Origin: an uncultured bacterium
Lineage (GTDB): Bacteria > Auribacterota > Auribacteria > Auribacterales > Auribacteraceae
Assembly: GCA_964451165.1 (NCBI GenBank)
Contig: CAYVGJ010000001.1
Span: 47,071 to 111,070, forward strand
Direction of reading: 5' to 3'
Length of the DNA stretch: 64,000 nucleotides
Shown here: in pieces, positions 45,979 through 55,797 of the stretch
Layout: each line of letters begins with the position of its first letter
Position numbering within the stretch: the stretch's first letter is position 1
Notes under the pieces: model-generated
Databases searched by the model: none
The model's input: only the letters and a program-made list of their open reading frames with translations
What the model was told of the DNA's origin: nothing
Made by a program: the position numbers and the translations under genes

Positions 45979-47817
45979 CTATATATCTTGCCGGTTCTGA
46001 TTATTTATACGTTTTTCTCTTTCAATGAAAATCATTACAAGCTGAACATCTACCGGATTTACTCCCGGTATTCTAAGCGCTTGTCCGATGGTAACGGGTT
46101 TTGAGCGGATAAGTTTTTCTTTCGCTTCTTTGCGCAGGCCTGATATGGAACTGTAATTGAAATTATCAGGAATTACCCATTGTTCGTATTTTCTTATTTT
46201 GTCAGCCTGAGATTTCTGTTTGGCAATGTAGCCTTCGTATTTTATCTCGGTTTCGACTTCGAAGATGTCGAGTTCAGATAACGTGTTGTCTTTTTGTATT
46301 ATATTATCCGAGATAAGTTTCTCATAAGTGTAATCCTGGCGTTTGAGGAGTTTAGCGGCGGTTGTATCTCTATAATTGGATGTATTTAAACGGTTGATAT
46401 CGTTGTTTATTTTATTTATGTGCGCGAGAGTATCCGAATATGTATCGGGATCGATCAAGCCGGCATCGAATCCGTATTTTGCCAGTCTCTGGTATGCGTT
46501 GTCCTGGCGAAGAAGAAGGCGGAATTCGGCCCGTGAAGTGAACATGCGGTATGGCTCCTGTGGTATTTTGGTTATCAGGTCGTCGATCATTACTCCGATA
46601 TACCCTTCATCTCTTCCAATGATAAGCGGTTGTTTACCGAGCAGTTTGTAGCCGGCGTTGATGGCGGCTAAAAGCCCTTGCGCGGCGGCTTCCTCATAGC
46701 CGGATGTGCCGTTGATCTGGCCTGCGAGGTACAGCCCTGAAATGGAGCGTGTCTCAAGCGATGGGGAAATCTGGTCGGTGGTCACGAAATCATATTCGAT
46801 TCCGTAAGCGTAGCGCATAATAACCGCGTTTTCCAATCCTTCGATCGACCTGATAATTTGTTCCTGAACATCCTGCGGCAATGAGCTTGACGCGCCGTTT
46901 ACGTAAATTTCTTCTGTGTTGATCCCTTCCGGCTCAAGAAAAATCTGGTGTTTTTCTTTGTCCGGGAATTTTACTATTTTATCTTCAATTGATGGGCAGT
47001 ACCTTGGTCCAATCCCTTTTATTTTTCCCGAATAGAGGGGAGATTTATCAAGGTTGCTGTTTATAACTTGCTTGGTTTTTGCAGTTGAGTATGTTATATA
47101 ACAACTTACCTGGGTGAGGGGAGGTTCCTTGATTTTTCTTGAAAACGGGATATAAACTTCATCGCCCGGCTGTTCGGTAACTTTTGAAAAATCGATAGAC
47201 GACCGCAGAATTCGCGGTGGTGTTCCTGTTTTAAGCCGGGCGAGTTTCAGCCCGCATTTGTGCAGGCTTTCGCTTAACCCGATTGACGCGAATTCGCCGA
47301 ACCTGCCGGATTCAAAACTTTTGAATCCGATATGAATCAGCCCGTTCATAAATGTCCCGGGTGTGACAATAACTGCCCTGGCTTCAATATAAGGTTTGTA
47401 TCGTGTCGCGACACCTTTTATTATATTGTTTTCCGTAAAAATTTCCTCTACGGTATCCTGTAATATGAATAGATTATTTTGTTTTTCGAGGATGCTTTTC
47501 ATTGTGAACTGGTAGACTTTTTTATCTGTCTGGGCACGCGGCGCCCAGACGGCAGGCCCTTTTTTCGTGTTTAGCATCCTGAATTGGATACAGCTGAGGT
47601 CGGTTACTCGTGCCATTTCTCCGCCGAGAGCGTCTATTTCTTTAACGAGGTGTCCTTTAGCCAATCCGCCGATAGCTGGATTGCATGACATCTGTGCGAT
47701 TGTATCTAAATTCATTGTAATCAGCAGGGTGGAAAATCCCATTCGTGCGCCGGCTAATGCGGCTTCGCAACCGGCGTGTCCTGCTCCGACTACAACAATA
47801 TCATAACTATCAGGCAT
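45979..47817 (-). CDS. mnmG: tRNA uridine-5-carboxymethylaminomethyl(34) synthesis enzyme MnmG (GidA)
   Basis: GAGHAGCEAA, MSCNPAIGG, KTGTPPR, GPRYCPSIEDK, GQINGTSGYEEAAAQG. Confidence 0.97.
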   Translation of the reverse strand: MPDSYDIVVVGAGHAGCEAALAGARMGFSTLLITMNLDTIAQMSCNPAIGGLAKGHLVKEIDALGGEMARVTDLSCIQFRMLNTKKGPAVWAPRAQTDKKVYQFTMKSILEKQNNLFILQDTVEEIFTENNIIKGVATRYKPYIEARAVIVTPGTFMNGLIHIGFKSFESGRFGEFASIGLSESLHKCGLKLARLKTGTPPRILRSSIDFSKVTEQPGDEVYIPFSRKIKEPPLTQVSCYITYSTAKTKQVINSNLDKSPLYSGKIKGIGPRYCPSIEDKIVKFPDKEKHQIFLEPEGINTEEIYVNGASSSLPQDVQEQIIRSIEGLENAVIMRYAYGIEYDFVTTDQISPSLETRSISGLYLAGQINGTSGYEEAAAQGLLAAINAGYKLLGKQPLIIGRDEGYIGVMIDDLITKIPQEPYRMFTSRAEFRLLLRQDNAYQRLAKYGFDAGLIDPDTYSDTLAHINKINNDINRLNTSNYRDTTAAKLLKRQDYTYEKLISDNIIQKDNTLSELDIFEVETEIKYEGYIAKQKSQADKIRKYEQWVIPDNFNYSSISGLRKEAKEKLIRSKPVTIGQALRIPGVNPVDVQLVMIFIEREKRINNQNRQDI

Positions 47818-48338
47818 AAAAGTTCTCCATATTATCGAGCAATATAATTAAGTATAAATAATAGATCAAGTTATCATGATCAAAAAAATATAGTTTTATT
47901 CCCCGAATGGCAAAATATGGTTAATATCCTTATTAATAAATAATTTCGCCGATAATGAAATGTATCTGGAATCGCTCTATTGCACAAATTCCCTTATATT
48001 TTGCGTACGGAAAACACAAATTTAATTAAATTTACGGAAAAATACAATAAAAATCGGGTATGTCTGGATTGTCTAATGAAAAATATTTGATATCCGGAGA
48101 GATTTTTATATAATTTAATATCCAAGAGTTGAAAAAGGTTGTATGTCTGTGTTTTTTTCTTTAAATATTTTGTTATCGCGAAAAAATAATGGAATATTGG
48201 CAATAACCTTTCAATGGTCAATAAGTAAATAACGTTTCACAATGTTTTTTAATTGGTTTGATTATATGAACTGCTGGTTTTTTTTTCACATCTTGAATAA
48301 AGATTCAAATCTAACCCAAGTGAGCGCAGGTGATAATG

Positions 48339-50882
48339 ATGTCTGATTATATTGACATAAATCAAATTTCCGGAATATCCGAACTTGAAGCGGCGGAAAA
48401 ACTGAAGCGAGAAGGATACAACGAAATACCATCCTCCGAGAAGAGAAATTTTCTTAAACTTCTTATCGAGATAATAAAAGAACCGATGTTTATTCTTCTT
48501 ATACTATGCGATTCTGTTTATTTTTTTCTCGGAGACATTCAGGAAGGAATAATGCTTCTCGGGTTTGTGTTTGTGGTAATCGGGATTACTTTTTATCAGG
48601 AAAATAAGACGGAGCGCGCGCTGGATGCTCTTCGCAATCTTTCAAGCCCTCGTGCCCTTGTTATACGCGACGGGCAACACAGACGTATACCGGGAAGAGA
48701 AGTTGTGACAGGCGATTTCATTATCTTATCGGAAGGCGACAGGGTACCTGCGGATTCAATAGTGATATCAAGCAGTAATTTGCTTGTTGATGAATCGTTG
48801 TTAACAGGCGAATCGATGCCTGTCAGAAAAGAAGCAGATCCCAACGCGAAAGATATGGAAATACCGGGCGGTGAAGGAAAACCTTTTGTTTATTCAAGTA
48901 CGCTGGTTGTGGCTGGAAAAGGTGTTGCTGTTGTGAAACATACCGGGATTAATACTGAAATCGGCAAAATCGGTAAATCGCTTCAGGAACTCGAAACGGA
49001 AAAAACCCAGCTTCAAACGGAAACAGACGGGTTGGTAAAAAATTTCGCTTTTGGTGCGGTGTTCTTATCTGTGCTTGTGGTTGTTTTGTATGGGTTAACC
49101 CGCGATAAATGGCTGGAAGGTTTTTTCGCGGGAATTACGCTGGCTATGTCGATATTGCCTGAAGAGTTTCCGGTTGTGCTCACAATATTTCTTGCTCTTG
49201 GTGCATGGAGAATGTCGTATAGAAAAGTGCTTACCCGCCGTCAGCATGCTATTCAGGCATTGGGTTCGGTTACTGTTTTATGCGTTGACAAAACAGGAAC
49301 TCTTACCGTCAACAAAATGGCGATAAAAAAAATATTCAGTAACGGCAAGTTTTTTGAAGTGGCAAACCATAATGATTTGCCTGAAGAGTTTCACGAACTG
49401 ATCGAATTCGGGATTCTTGCCAGCCAGAAAGAACCTTTCGACCCGATGGAGAAAGCGCTGATAAAACTTTGTGACAGGATGCTTGCGGGAACAGAACATA
49501 TTCATGACAACTGGACACTGGTTGAAGAGTATCCATTGTCGAAAAATCTGCTGGCGGTATCGCATGTATGGAAATCGCCCGATAAAAAAGATTATGTGAT
49601 TGCCGCCAAAGGCGCACCGGAAGCAATTTGGGATTTATGCCACCTGTCTGAACCGGAAATAAAAAAACAGAATGAAAAGTTGATTCAAATGGCATCCGAA
49701 GGATTAAGGGTAATTGCTGTTGCCGAGGCGTCAATGAAACAGGCTCCTTTGCCTGATTCACAGCACGAATTCACGTTCAAGTTTTTAGGGCTTCTCGGGT
49801 TTGAGGATCCGGTCAGAGATACGGTGCCAGATTCGATACGCGAATGTCATGAAGCCGGAATAAGGGTAGTGATGATAACCGGCGATTATTCTATAACTGC
49901 TCAGAAAATCGCGACCGAAATAGGTATGAACGGTTCAAATAGAATTGTTACCGGATCGGATTTAAGCAAAATGACCGACGAAGATTTGAATAAGATCATA
50001 AAAGACGTGAATATATTTGCCAGAGTTGTGCCTGAACAAAAACTGAGGATTGTCAATGCGCTTAAATCAGCGGGCGAGATTGTGGTGATGACTGGTGATG
50101 GAGTCAATGATGCCCCGGCGCTGAAATCCGCCCATATCGGTGTTGCTATGGGACTTCGCGGAACCGATGTCGCCAGGGAAGCTTCTTCAATTGTGGTACT
50201 CGATGACGATTTCTCAACTATTGTCGATGGAATTCGAATGGGACGCAGAATTTATGACAATATCAGAAAAGCTATGGCTTACGTTCTCGCCGTTCATATA
50301 CCAATAGCCGGGATTACATTGCTGGCTGTTATATTTAAATGGCCTCTTATACTCCTGCCGGTACATATATTATTTCTCGAGCTGATAATTGATCCGGCAT
50401 GTTCAATCGTGTTTGAGGCTGAAGAAGAAGAACCAAACGTAATGAAACGGTTGCCGAGAAACCCGAAAGAAAAAATATTCAATAGAAATACCATTATCTT
50501 TAGTACTCTTCAGGGATTGGTTGTGCTGATTATAATAGCGGCGATATTTAAAATCGGGCTGTATCGGGGTCATAGTGAAACAGAATCGAGGGCGCTCTGT
50601 TTCACTACTTTGATAATTGCAAATTTATGTTTAATATTAACAAATCGTTCATGGTCTAAAGTTATTTTCTCCATTTTAAAAACAAAAAATAAAGCGTTAT
50701 GGTATGTTATATCATTTACTATTGCATTTCTTATGATAGTTCTTTTTAATCCGTTTCTTCGAAATCTATTTAAATTTGATATTCTTCATTTTGTAGATAT
50801 ATTGTTCTGTGCCACAGCCGGTATACTTAGCATCATGTGGTTTGAGGTAACTAAATTCATCCACAGGCCTGCAGGGAATTGA
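48339..50882 (+). CDS. Cation-translocating P-type ATPase (P2-like, Ca2+/Mg2+/other cation; substrate unknown)
   Basis: LTGES, PEEFP, DKTGT phosphorylation site, KGAPE, MITGD, TGDGVNDAPAL. Start placed at 48339 (AGGTGA SD); the ORF extends to 48330. Confidence 0.92.
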   Translation: MSDYIDINQISGISELEAAEKLKREGYNEIPSSEKRNFLKLLIEIIKEPMFILLILCDSVYFFLGDIQEGIMLLGFVFVVIGITFYQENKTERALDALRNLSSPRALVIRDGQHRRIPGREVVTGDFIILSEGDRVPADSIVISSSNLLVDESLLTGESMPVRKEADPNAKDMEIPGGEGKPFVYSSTLVVAGKGVAVVKHTGINTEIGKIGKSLQELETEKTQLQTETDGLVKNFAFGAVFLSVLVVVLYGLTRDKWLEGFFAGITLAMSILPEEFPVVLTIFLALGAWRMSYRKVLTRRQHAIQALGSVTVLCVDKTGTLTVNKMAIKKIFSNGKFFEVANHNDLPEEFHELIEFGILASQKEPFDPMEKALIKLCDRMLAGTEHIHDNWTLVEEYPLSKNLLAVSHVWKSPDKKDYVIAAKGAPEAIWDLCHLSEPEIKKQNEKLIQMASEGLRVIAVAEASMKQAPLPDSQHEFTFKFLGLLGFEDPVRDTVPDSIRECHEAGIRVVMITGDYSITAQKIATEIGMNGSNRIVTGSDLSKMTDEDLNKIIKDVNIFARVVPEQKLRIVNALKSAGEIVVMTGDGVNDAPALKSAHIGVAMGLRGTDVAREASSIVVLDDDFSTIVDGIRMGRRIYDNIRKAMAYVLAVHIPIAGITLLAVIFKWPLILLPVHILFLELIIDPACSIVFEAEEEEPNVMKRLPRNPKEKIFNRNTIIFSTLQGLVVLIIIAAIFKIGLYRGHSETESRALCFTTLIIANLCLILTNRSWSKVIFSILKTKNKALWYVISFTIAFLMIVLFNPFLRNLFKFDILHFVDILFCATAGILSIMWFEVTKFIHRPAGN

Positions 50883-50969
50883 TTTTTTTGTTGTTAATAA
50901 TAATATAAATAAATTTGTGTTTGTCAAAATCCTTTATGATTCCTCAAATTTGAAATATTTTAACAAGAG

Positions 50970-51003
50970 AGCCGTTATTTCAAAATTTGTGGAAATAACG
51001 GCT
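50970..51003. terminator. Hairpin between convergent genes; probable bidirectional terminator
   Basis: AGCCGTTATTTC / GAAATAACGGCT 12-bp stem, 10-nt loop. Confidence 0.6.
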
Positions 51004-51036
51004 TCGGCTGTTTTATAGTAAAAAATTATCCGGTAT

Positions 51037-52218
51037 TTAATTTGTAAGGTTCATCTCTCTGTGTTTATTGCTGATTGTTTGAGCCATAATGTCGAGTGCC
51101 TGATACGTATCGGATTTCGGGTATCCTTTGCATATAACAGGATCTATTAATTCCGCTTTCAGGTTTGGTATAAGTCCCGATATTTTCTCAACGACACTAC
51201 TGCTCCAGCCGAACGATCCGACAACCGATACGAATTTCACTTTAGGGCGAAGCAGGTTAGCCAGATGAGCCACATAAACCGCTGCCGGATGCGGGCCAAC
51301 TTGAAATGTGGGTGTACCTATAACTACCGTTGCCGCATCGACAAGAGAAATCGCCAGTTTGCCTATATCGGTTGCGGTTATGTCATATTGTTCAACCTTG
51401 ACTCCTTTTTCAGCCAAAACGCTGACAAGATATTCGACCATTACTTTCGTACTGCCGTGCATAGATACATATGGAATAACAGCAACATTTTTCGGCGGGC
51501 CGAACACCCAGTCGGTATAAGCGTCAATGATAAATGCGGGTTTATCGTACAATGGCCCGTGGCTTGGCGCGATAATATCTATTTTATACCCGCGCAATTT
51601 TTCCATATTTTTCTGAATTACCGACCGGAACGGCATCATTATTTCCGCGAAATAGCGTTTAGCCGCCTCATAAACTCTACCTTCATCAGTAACAAATAAA
51701 TCTGATGTGGCAAGATGAGACCCGAAAAAATCGCAGGTAAACAGGATGTTGTCTTCGCGTAAATACGTGCTCATGGTTTCCGGCCAGTGAACCCATGGTG
51801 TATATACGAACTCCAGCGTTTTATTTCCGAGGTTTATGGTTTCGCCGTCTTTGACAACAATGATTTTGTCTTCAGGTATCAACAAATGATCGGCGAGCAT
51901 TCCTTTACCTTTGTCGGAAGCTATAACTTTTGCATCAGGATATTTTTGCATGACCAGCGGAATCGAACCCGAGTGGTCCTGTTCGGTATGATGAGAGATT
52001 ATATAATCTATTTTCGCGGTATCTTTGAGCTGGTTGATTAAAATATCCGATTTATCGGGATCGACAGAGTCTATCAGTACGGTCTTTTCGCTTCCGTAAA
52101 TGAGGTAGGCGTTATAGCTTGTGCCGTCAGGAAGAGGGACAAGAGAATCGAATAATCTTCTATCCCAATCGACAGCGCCAATCTTATAGATGGACGGTTT
52201 TATTTCCATTGCTTTCAT
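51037..52218 (-). CDS. fprA: Flavodiiron protein (FprA family; metallo-beta-lactamase + flavodoxin), O2/NO reductase-like
   Basis: GTSYNAY, HTEQDHSG, HWPE, TCDFFG, PSHG, YVSMHGST. Start 52218 follows GGAGG; the ORF extends to 52230. Confidence 0.92.
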   Translation of the reverse strand: MKAMEIKPSIYKIGAVDWDRRLFDSLVPLPDGTSYNAYLIYGSEKTVLIDSVDPDKSDILINQLKDTAKIDYIISHHTEQDHSGSIPLVMQKYPDAKVIASDKGKGMLADHLLIPEDKIIVVKDGETINLGNKTLEFVYTPWVHWPETMSTYLREDNILFTCDFFGSHLATSDLFVTDEGRVYEAAKRYFAEIMMPFRSVIQKNMEKLRGYKIDIIAPSHGPLYDKPAFIIDAYTDWVFGPPKNVAVIPYVSMHGSTKVMVEYLVSVLAEKGVKVEQYDITATDIGKLAISLVDAATVVIGTPTFQVGPHPAAVYVAHLANLLRPKVKFVSVVGSFGWSSSVVEKISGLIPNLKAELIDPVICKGYPKSDTYQALDIMAQTISNKHREMNLTN

Positions 52219-52385
52219 ATGATCCTCCATGTTTTAAATTAATATGTACATAAAAAGTTCGATTATGTTATCATCAAATGCAAAATTCGGATAATAAAAA
52301 TTTCTTGTTAAATACATTTTAAATTAGATACATGTAGTTTTTAAAAATTTAAATAATATAACAAAATATATATAAGGGGAACAAT

Positions 52386-52799
52386 ATGAGAATAACAGGA
52401 TTGATTTTATCTTTAATTTTGATTGCGTCTATTTCGTTAGCGACAGATAAAACCGCTGTCAATGAAGAAAACGTGAAGATGTTTATTGAGATGTACCCAA
52501 AATTCAAGGAAATGACCGAACGCAGTGGCGGATATGAAAGTACCGATAACGAAACACCCCAGATGTCTGTTGCGAAAATGTATGAGTATCAGGAGGAATT
52601 CAACAGCTTATTCTCGAAGTACGGTATATCTATTGAGGAATTCGCTCAGCTAATGCAGAAAGTTTCAATCGCTTATGCTTGTGCCCAGATGAAAGCACAG
52701 GGCCAGGATACTTATGGAATGTCTGTTCCGGAAGAAGACCTGAATGTAATCAAAAAATATCAGGCTGAGTTGGAAAAAGCCCTTGAAGTAAAAGACTAA
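52386..52799 (+). CDS. Hypothetical exported helical protein
   Basis: AAGGGG SD and signal peptide MRITGLILSLILIASISLA; no recognised motif. Confidence 0.7.
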   Translation: MRITGLILSLILIASISLATDKTAVNEENVKMFIEMYPKFKEMTERSGGYESTDNETPQMSVAKMYEYQEEFNSLFSKYGISIEEFAQLMQKVSIAYACAQMKAQGQDTYGMSVPEEDLNVIKKYQAELEKALEVKD

Positions 52800-53009
52800 T
52801 CATATCTGCGTATTTGTATGGATTTGTAAATGAAATATGGTGCGCAAAAGCACGATGGATTTCCATTAAATTATTTGCGAACTAAATTATTTATAAGCGT
52901 GAATAATCCGGCATTTAAAATATCTGTTTACCTCATCAGTTGAGTGATGTATTATTAATTTATTGTATTTATGTCATTTAATTATACCTTGTTGACAAAA
53001 TGAGTTTTT

Positions 53010-53663
53010 ATGGATAATCTGCCGTTTTCATCATATGATTTTTTCGGATACCTCTCATGCGGGTTCCTGATTATTTTCGCCTGGGATTTTTTCGCTGGCG
53101 GCGCGACATTTCTACAAACAACTCCTGATGTGCGGGATATAATTTTAATCCTTATAGGTACCTATATAATCGGTCACATCAACGCAATACCCTCTAAGAT
53201 TTTTATAGAAGATACATTAATCGGAAAGATTCTCAAGGAACCTCATTTTCACCTCATGGGACAGATGAAAAATAATATTATCCGGTTTGCCTTTCCGGGT
53301 TATTCCAAAATGTTTTCCAACCAGATACGTGTTTTGATAATAAATAAGGCCAAATCAGTCGGCATAACGGATTATTCTGATACCCTCTATAACTTCGCCT
53401 TCGCTAAGGTAAAGACTTGTGAAGTAACCATGGGCAGGCTTAATTGTTTTCTGAACCTTTATGGATTCTGCAGAAACATGAGTTTTTGTTTTGCGGTGAT
53501 TTCCGCTATTATTATCTACGGCTGGGTTAAAAAAGGATCGCCCGATAACCTTAAATGGCTTTTAGTTTCTGTTCCGGTAACGATAATGATGTTTTACAGG
53601 TACCTTAAATTTTACAGGGCATACTCGAAGGAAGTTTTAATATCATATCTTTCTGAACCTTAA
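53010..53663 (+). CDS. Hypothetical membrane protein (about four TMs)
   Basis: 217-aa ORF with YDFFGY, YIIGH, YGFCRNMS, RYLKFY segments; no SD visible. Confidence 0.7.
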   Translation: MDNLPFSSYDFFGYLSCGFLIIFAWDFFAGGATFLQTTPDVRDIILILIGTYIIGHINAIPSKIFIEDTLIGKILKEPHFHLMGQMKNNIIRFAFPGYSKMFSNQIRVLIINKAKSVGITDYSDTLYNFAFAKVKTCEVTMGRLNCFLNLYGFCRNMSFCFAVISAIIIYGWVKKGSPDNLKWLLVSVPVTIMMFYRYLKFYRAYSKEVLISYLSEP

Positions 53664-53772
53664 AAAATTATATAAATATAGATCAAATTAACTTTGTTTT
53701 GCTTTTCAGTTAATGAAATTTTACCAGAAAAAAATTGAAATAGTTATATACATATACCTTACTTTTCTATTA

Positions 53773-53802
53773 TTGACATATTCCAAAGGCTTTTGGTAGA
53801 TT
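53773..53802 (+). promoter_or_regulatory. Putative sigma-70 promoter of the 53876 gene
   Basis: TTGACA (53773-53778), 18 bp, TG-N-TAGATT (53797-53802). Confidence 0.45.
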
Positions 53803-53875
53803 CATAATATGGATACCCGGCAAACAGAATTCATATACATAATATAATAAAAAAATTAAAAAGGAGTCTGATGGT

Positions 53876-54265
53876 ATGGGGAAATTAGCGTATATTTCTA
53901 TTCTTGTTTTATTTATGTCTTTAAATGCATATTGCGCGGAAATTAGTATTCCAAAAGAAGAAGTCGCTGAAGGTTCAAAAATTACCGATACGGAAGAGAA
54001 ATTAGGATGGGCATCCGATAAATTTATGCGTGGAATTACAAATATTCTGACCGGATGGATGGAAGTACCTAAACATATCGGTGAGAAATCAAAAACAGAA
54101 GGCCCTTTAGCAGGTAGTACCGCCGGTTTATCGTCCGGATTTACGTGGATGCTGCTTCGCACAGGCGCCGGTATCTGGGATGCGGCAACATTTCCCGGTT
54201 CATTGATTATACCTGACGAAAAACCGGTAATTGACCCTCCAACTGTATTTGAGAAAGGTGAATAG
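53876..54265 (+). CDS. Putative exosortase-associated protein, TIGR04073-like
   Basis: Signal peptide, KFMRGITNILTGWMEVPK, G..AG...G....LRTGAGIWDAATFP; AGGAG SD. Confidence 0.7.
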   Translation: MGKLAYISILVLFMSLNAYCAEISIPKEEVAEGSKITDTEEKLGWASDKFMRGITNILTGWMEVPKHIGEKSKTEGPLAGSTAGLSSGFTWMLLRTGAGIWDAATFPGSLIIPDEKPVIDPPTVFEKGE

Positions 54266-54298
54266 TTGTAATCAATTGATAATAAGATAAATAAAAAG

Positions 54299-54328
54299 AT
54301 CCCGCTAAAAAAAAGCGGGGTTTTTTTT
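54299..54328 (+). terminator. Rho-independent terminator
   Basis: CCCGCT / AGCGGG stem followed by T8. Confidence 0.8.
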
Positions 54329-54357
54329 AAAAAAAGATAAAAATTTTAATTTTTCGG

Positions 54358-54385
54358 TAAAGTTTTATAAAAGTTGTGCCGATAC
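54358..54385 (+). promoter_or_regulatory. Sigma-28 (FliA/SigD)-type promoter upstream of the flagellin array
   Basis: TAAAGTTT (54358-54365), 12 nt, GCCGATAC (54378-54385); the consensus is TAAAGTTT-N11-GCCGATAA. Confidence 0.65.
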
Positions 54386-54427
54386 TATTTGGTGTAACAG
54401 GAAAAAAGGATTTAAAAAAGTTCAATA

Positions 54428-54652
54428 TTCAACAGGGAAGTTGAACCCAAAATCAATCAGGGAGGATTGAAAAATGGTTACTGATCAAAAAATGTATTAC
54501 CGTAAAAAATAGTAAATTTTTGAACGGTGATTTTCTGTCTTTTTATAAAATTTAACAAATGAATCAATAAATTAATTAATTATATATAGCGCAATAACTA
54601 TGTAAAACCGGCAGACAAGGATGTTTACCGGAGAAATTATCAAGGAGGATAA
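54428..54652 (+). promoter_or_regulatory. Four CsrA/RsmA-type GGA-loop hairpins in the leader of flagellin 1 (the last overlaps the SD)
   Basis: TTCAAC-agggaa-GTTGAA, TCAATC-agggag-GATTGA, ..GAC-aaggat-GTT.., TTATC-aaggag-GATAA; all match (A/U)CANGGANG(U/A). Confidence 0.7.
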
Positions 54653-54654
54653 AA

Positions 54655-55464
54655 ATGGGCGACTTATCAAGAATCAATACCAATGTAACCGCATTGCGGT
54701 CTTTCCAGACATTAACCAACATAAATTCACGGCTTGTTAAAACACAAGAGAGAATTTCTACCGGCCGGATGGTCAACAGGGCATCGGATAGTCCATCAGA
54801 TTATTATATTACCAGAATGATGAGTAAAGAAATCGACGCTACGAAACGGAAAAACGCTAATATCGAGCGCGGTATTAATTTCCTGCAGACAAACGATAGT
54901 CGCCTTGCGCAGGTTGTGAACATATTGATCGAGATGAGTGATATGGCAAACCAGGCGAACTCAATCGCAGTGACTTCAGCCGAAAAACAGGCAATTCAGC
55001 AGGATTTACAACAATTATCGCATGAAATCGAAAATATCCTTGAAAGTGGTGTTTCCGTGAAATTGTACAGTGGATTTACACTTGCGGGGTTGACCAACGT
55101 AAAGCTGACAGGCAATCTGTGTATCAATCCTCTGCAGACACTTACTATAGATGGTACAAATATTAACGTAACTGGTTCTCTAACGGATATAGATAACGCG
55201 ATAAGCAATATAAATAAAGCACTGGATGTGGTTTTGCGCGATGAAGAGAGGCTTGGTTCATACATAAAAAGGCTGGATACCGAGTATCAGCTAAATGAGA
55301 ATGAGGAAATAAACCTTCGCGCATCGCTAAGTTCCATTCAGGATTCGGATCTGGCGGCGGAACAAATGGAACTGACAAACCTGTCGATACTGCAACAGGC
55401 GGCTTTATCAATGCTTGCTCAGGCAAACAGCGCGCCGAACGCGATTATGGTTCTGTTCCAATAA
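54655..55464 (+). CDS. fliC: Flagellin 1 (minimal D0/D1 flagellin, 269 aa)
   Basis: RINTNV N-terminus, ISTG..VNRASD, IQDSDLA...LT..SILQQA..SMLAQAN C-terminus. Confidence 0.9.
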   Translation: MGDLSRINTNVTALRSFQTLTNINSRLVKTQERISTGRMVNRASDSPSDYYITRMMSKEIDATKRKNANIERGINFLQTNDSRLAQVVNILIEMSDMANQANSIAVTSAEKQAIQQDLQQLSHEIENILESGVSVKLYSGFTLAGLTNVKLTGNLCINPLQTLTIDGTNINVTGSLTDIDNAISNINKALDVVLRDEERLGSYIKRLDTEYQLNENEEINLRASLSSIQDSDLAAEQMELTNLSILQQAALSMLAQANSAPNAIMVLFQ

Positions 55465-55608
55465 TAAACAAAAGCGGACAGGGATAGTTCGCTCAAACCT
55501 TAACAGGGAGGTAGTTAAAGATGTACCTTGAAAACACTTGAGATCTGAATTAAAGATTTTGAGCGGAATCTATCCCGAAAAACAATACGAATTAAACAAA
55601 CAGAAAAA

Positions 55609-55792
55609 CCGCGAACAGGGAAGTTCTCGGGAAAATTAAAACAGGGAGGTTATCATGAAGTGGATCAAATTATGAATTTATAAAATGAACCCGGTTTAAT
55701 AAAAATAGATAAAAAAGTTAGTAAATTAAGCCATAATATGATTGTTGTCAGGGAAGACGGCAATTGAGAAATTAACAAAATCAAGGAGGATT
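55609..55792 (+). promoter_or_regulatory. CsrA-type GGA-loop hairpins upstream of flagellin 2
   Basis: ACAGGGAAGT (55615), ACAGGGAGGT (55641), TCAGGGAAGA (55748, 9-bp stem), TCAAGGAGGA (55781, SD); another site at 55503. Confidence 0.7.
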
Positions 55793-55797
55793 TAAAA

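Noticed and set aside
47948-47955. GCCGATAA (perfect sigma-28 -10) upstream of the P-type ATPase
   Set aside because: No TAAA -35 at the right spacing; probably chance.
45753-48330. oriC or parS expected near mnmG-parAB
   Set aside because: No TTATCCACA DnaA-box cluster and no TGTTTCACGTGAAACA-like palindrome found by eye; GTTTCAC at about 48234 is only a half-site.
47820-48330. Possible yybP-ykoY or M-box riboswitch before the P-type ATPase
   Set aside because: The region is very AT-rich and the characteristic conserved stems and motifs were not seen.
53770-54162. 130-aa minus-strand ORF
   Set aside because: Antisense to the TIGR04073-like gene, which has an SD, promoter and terminator.
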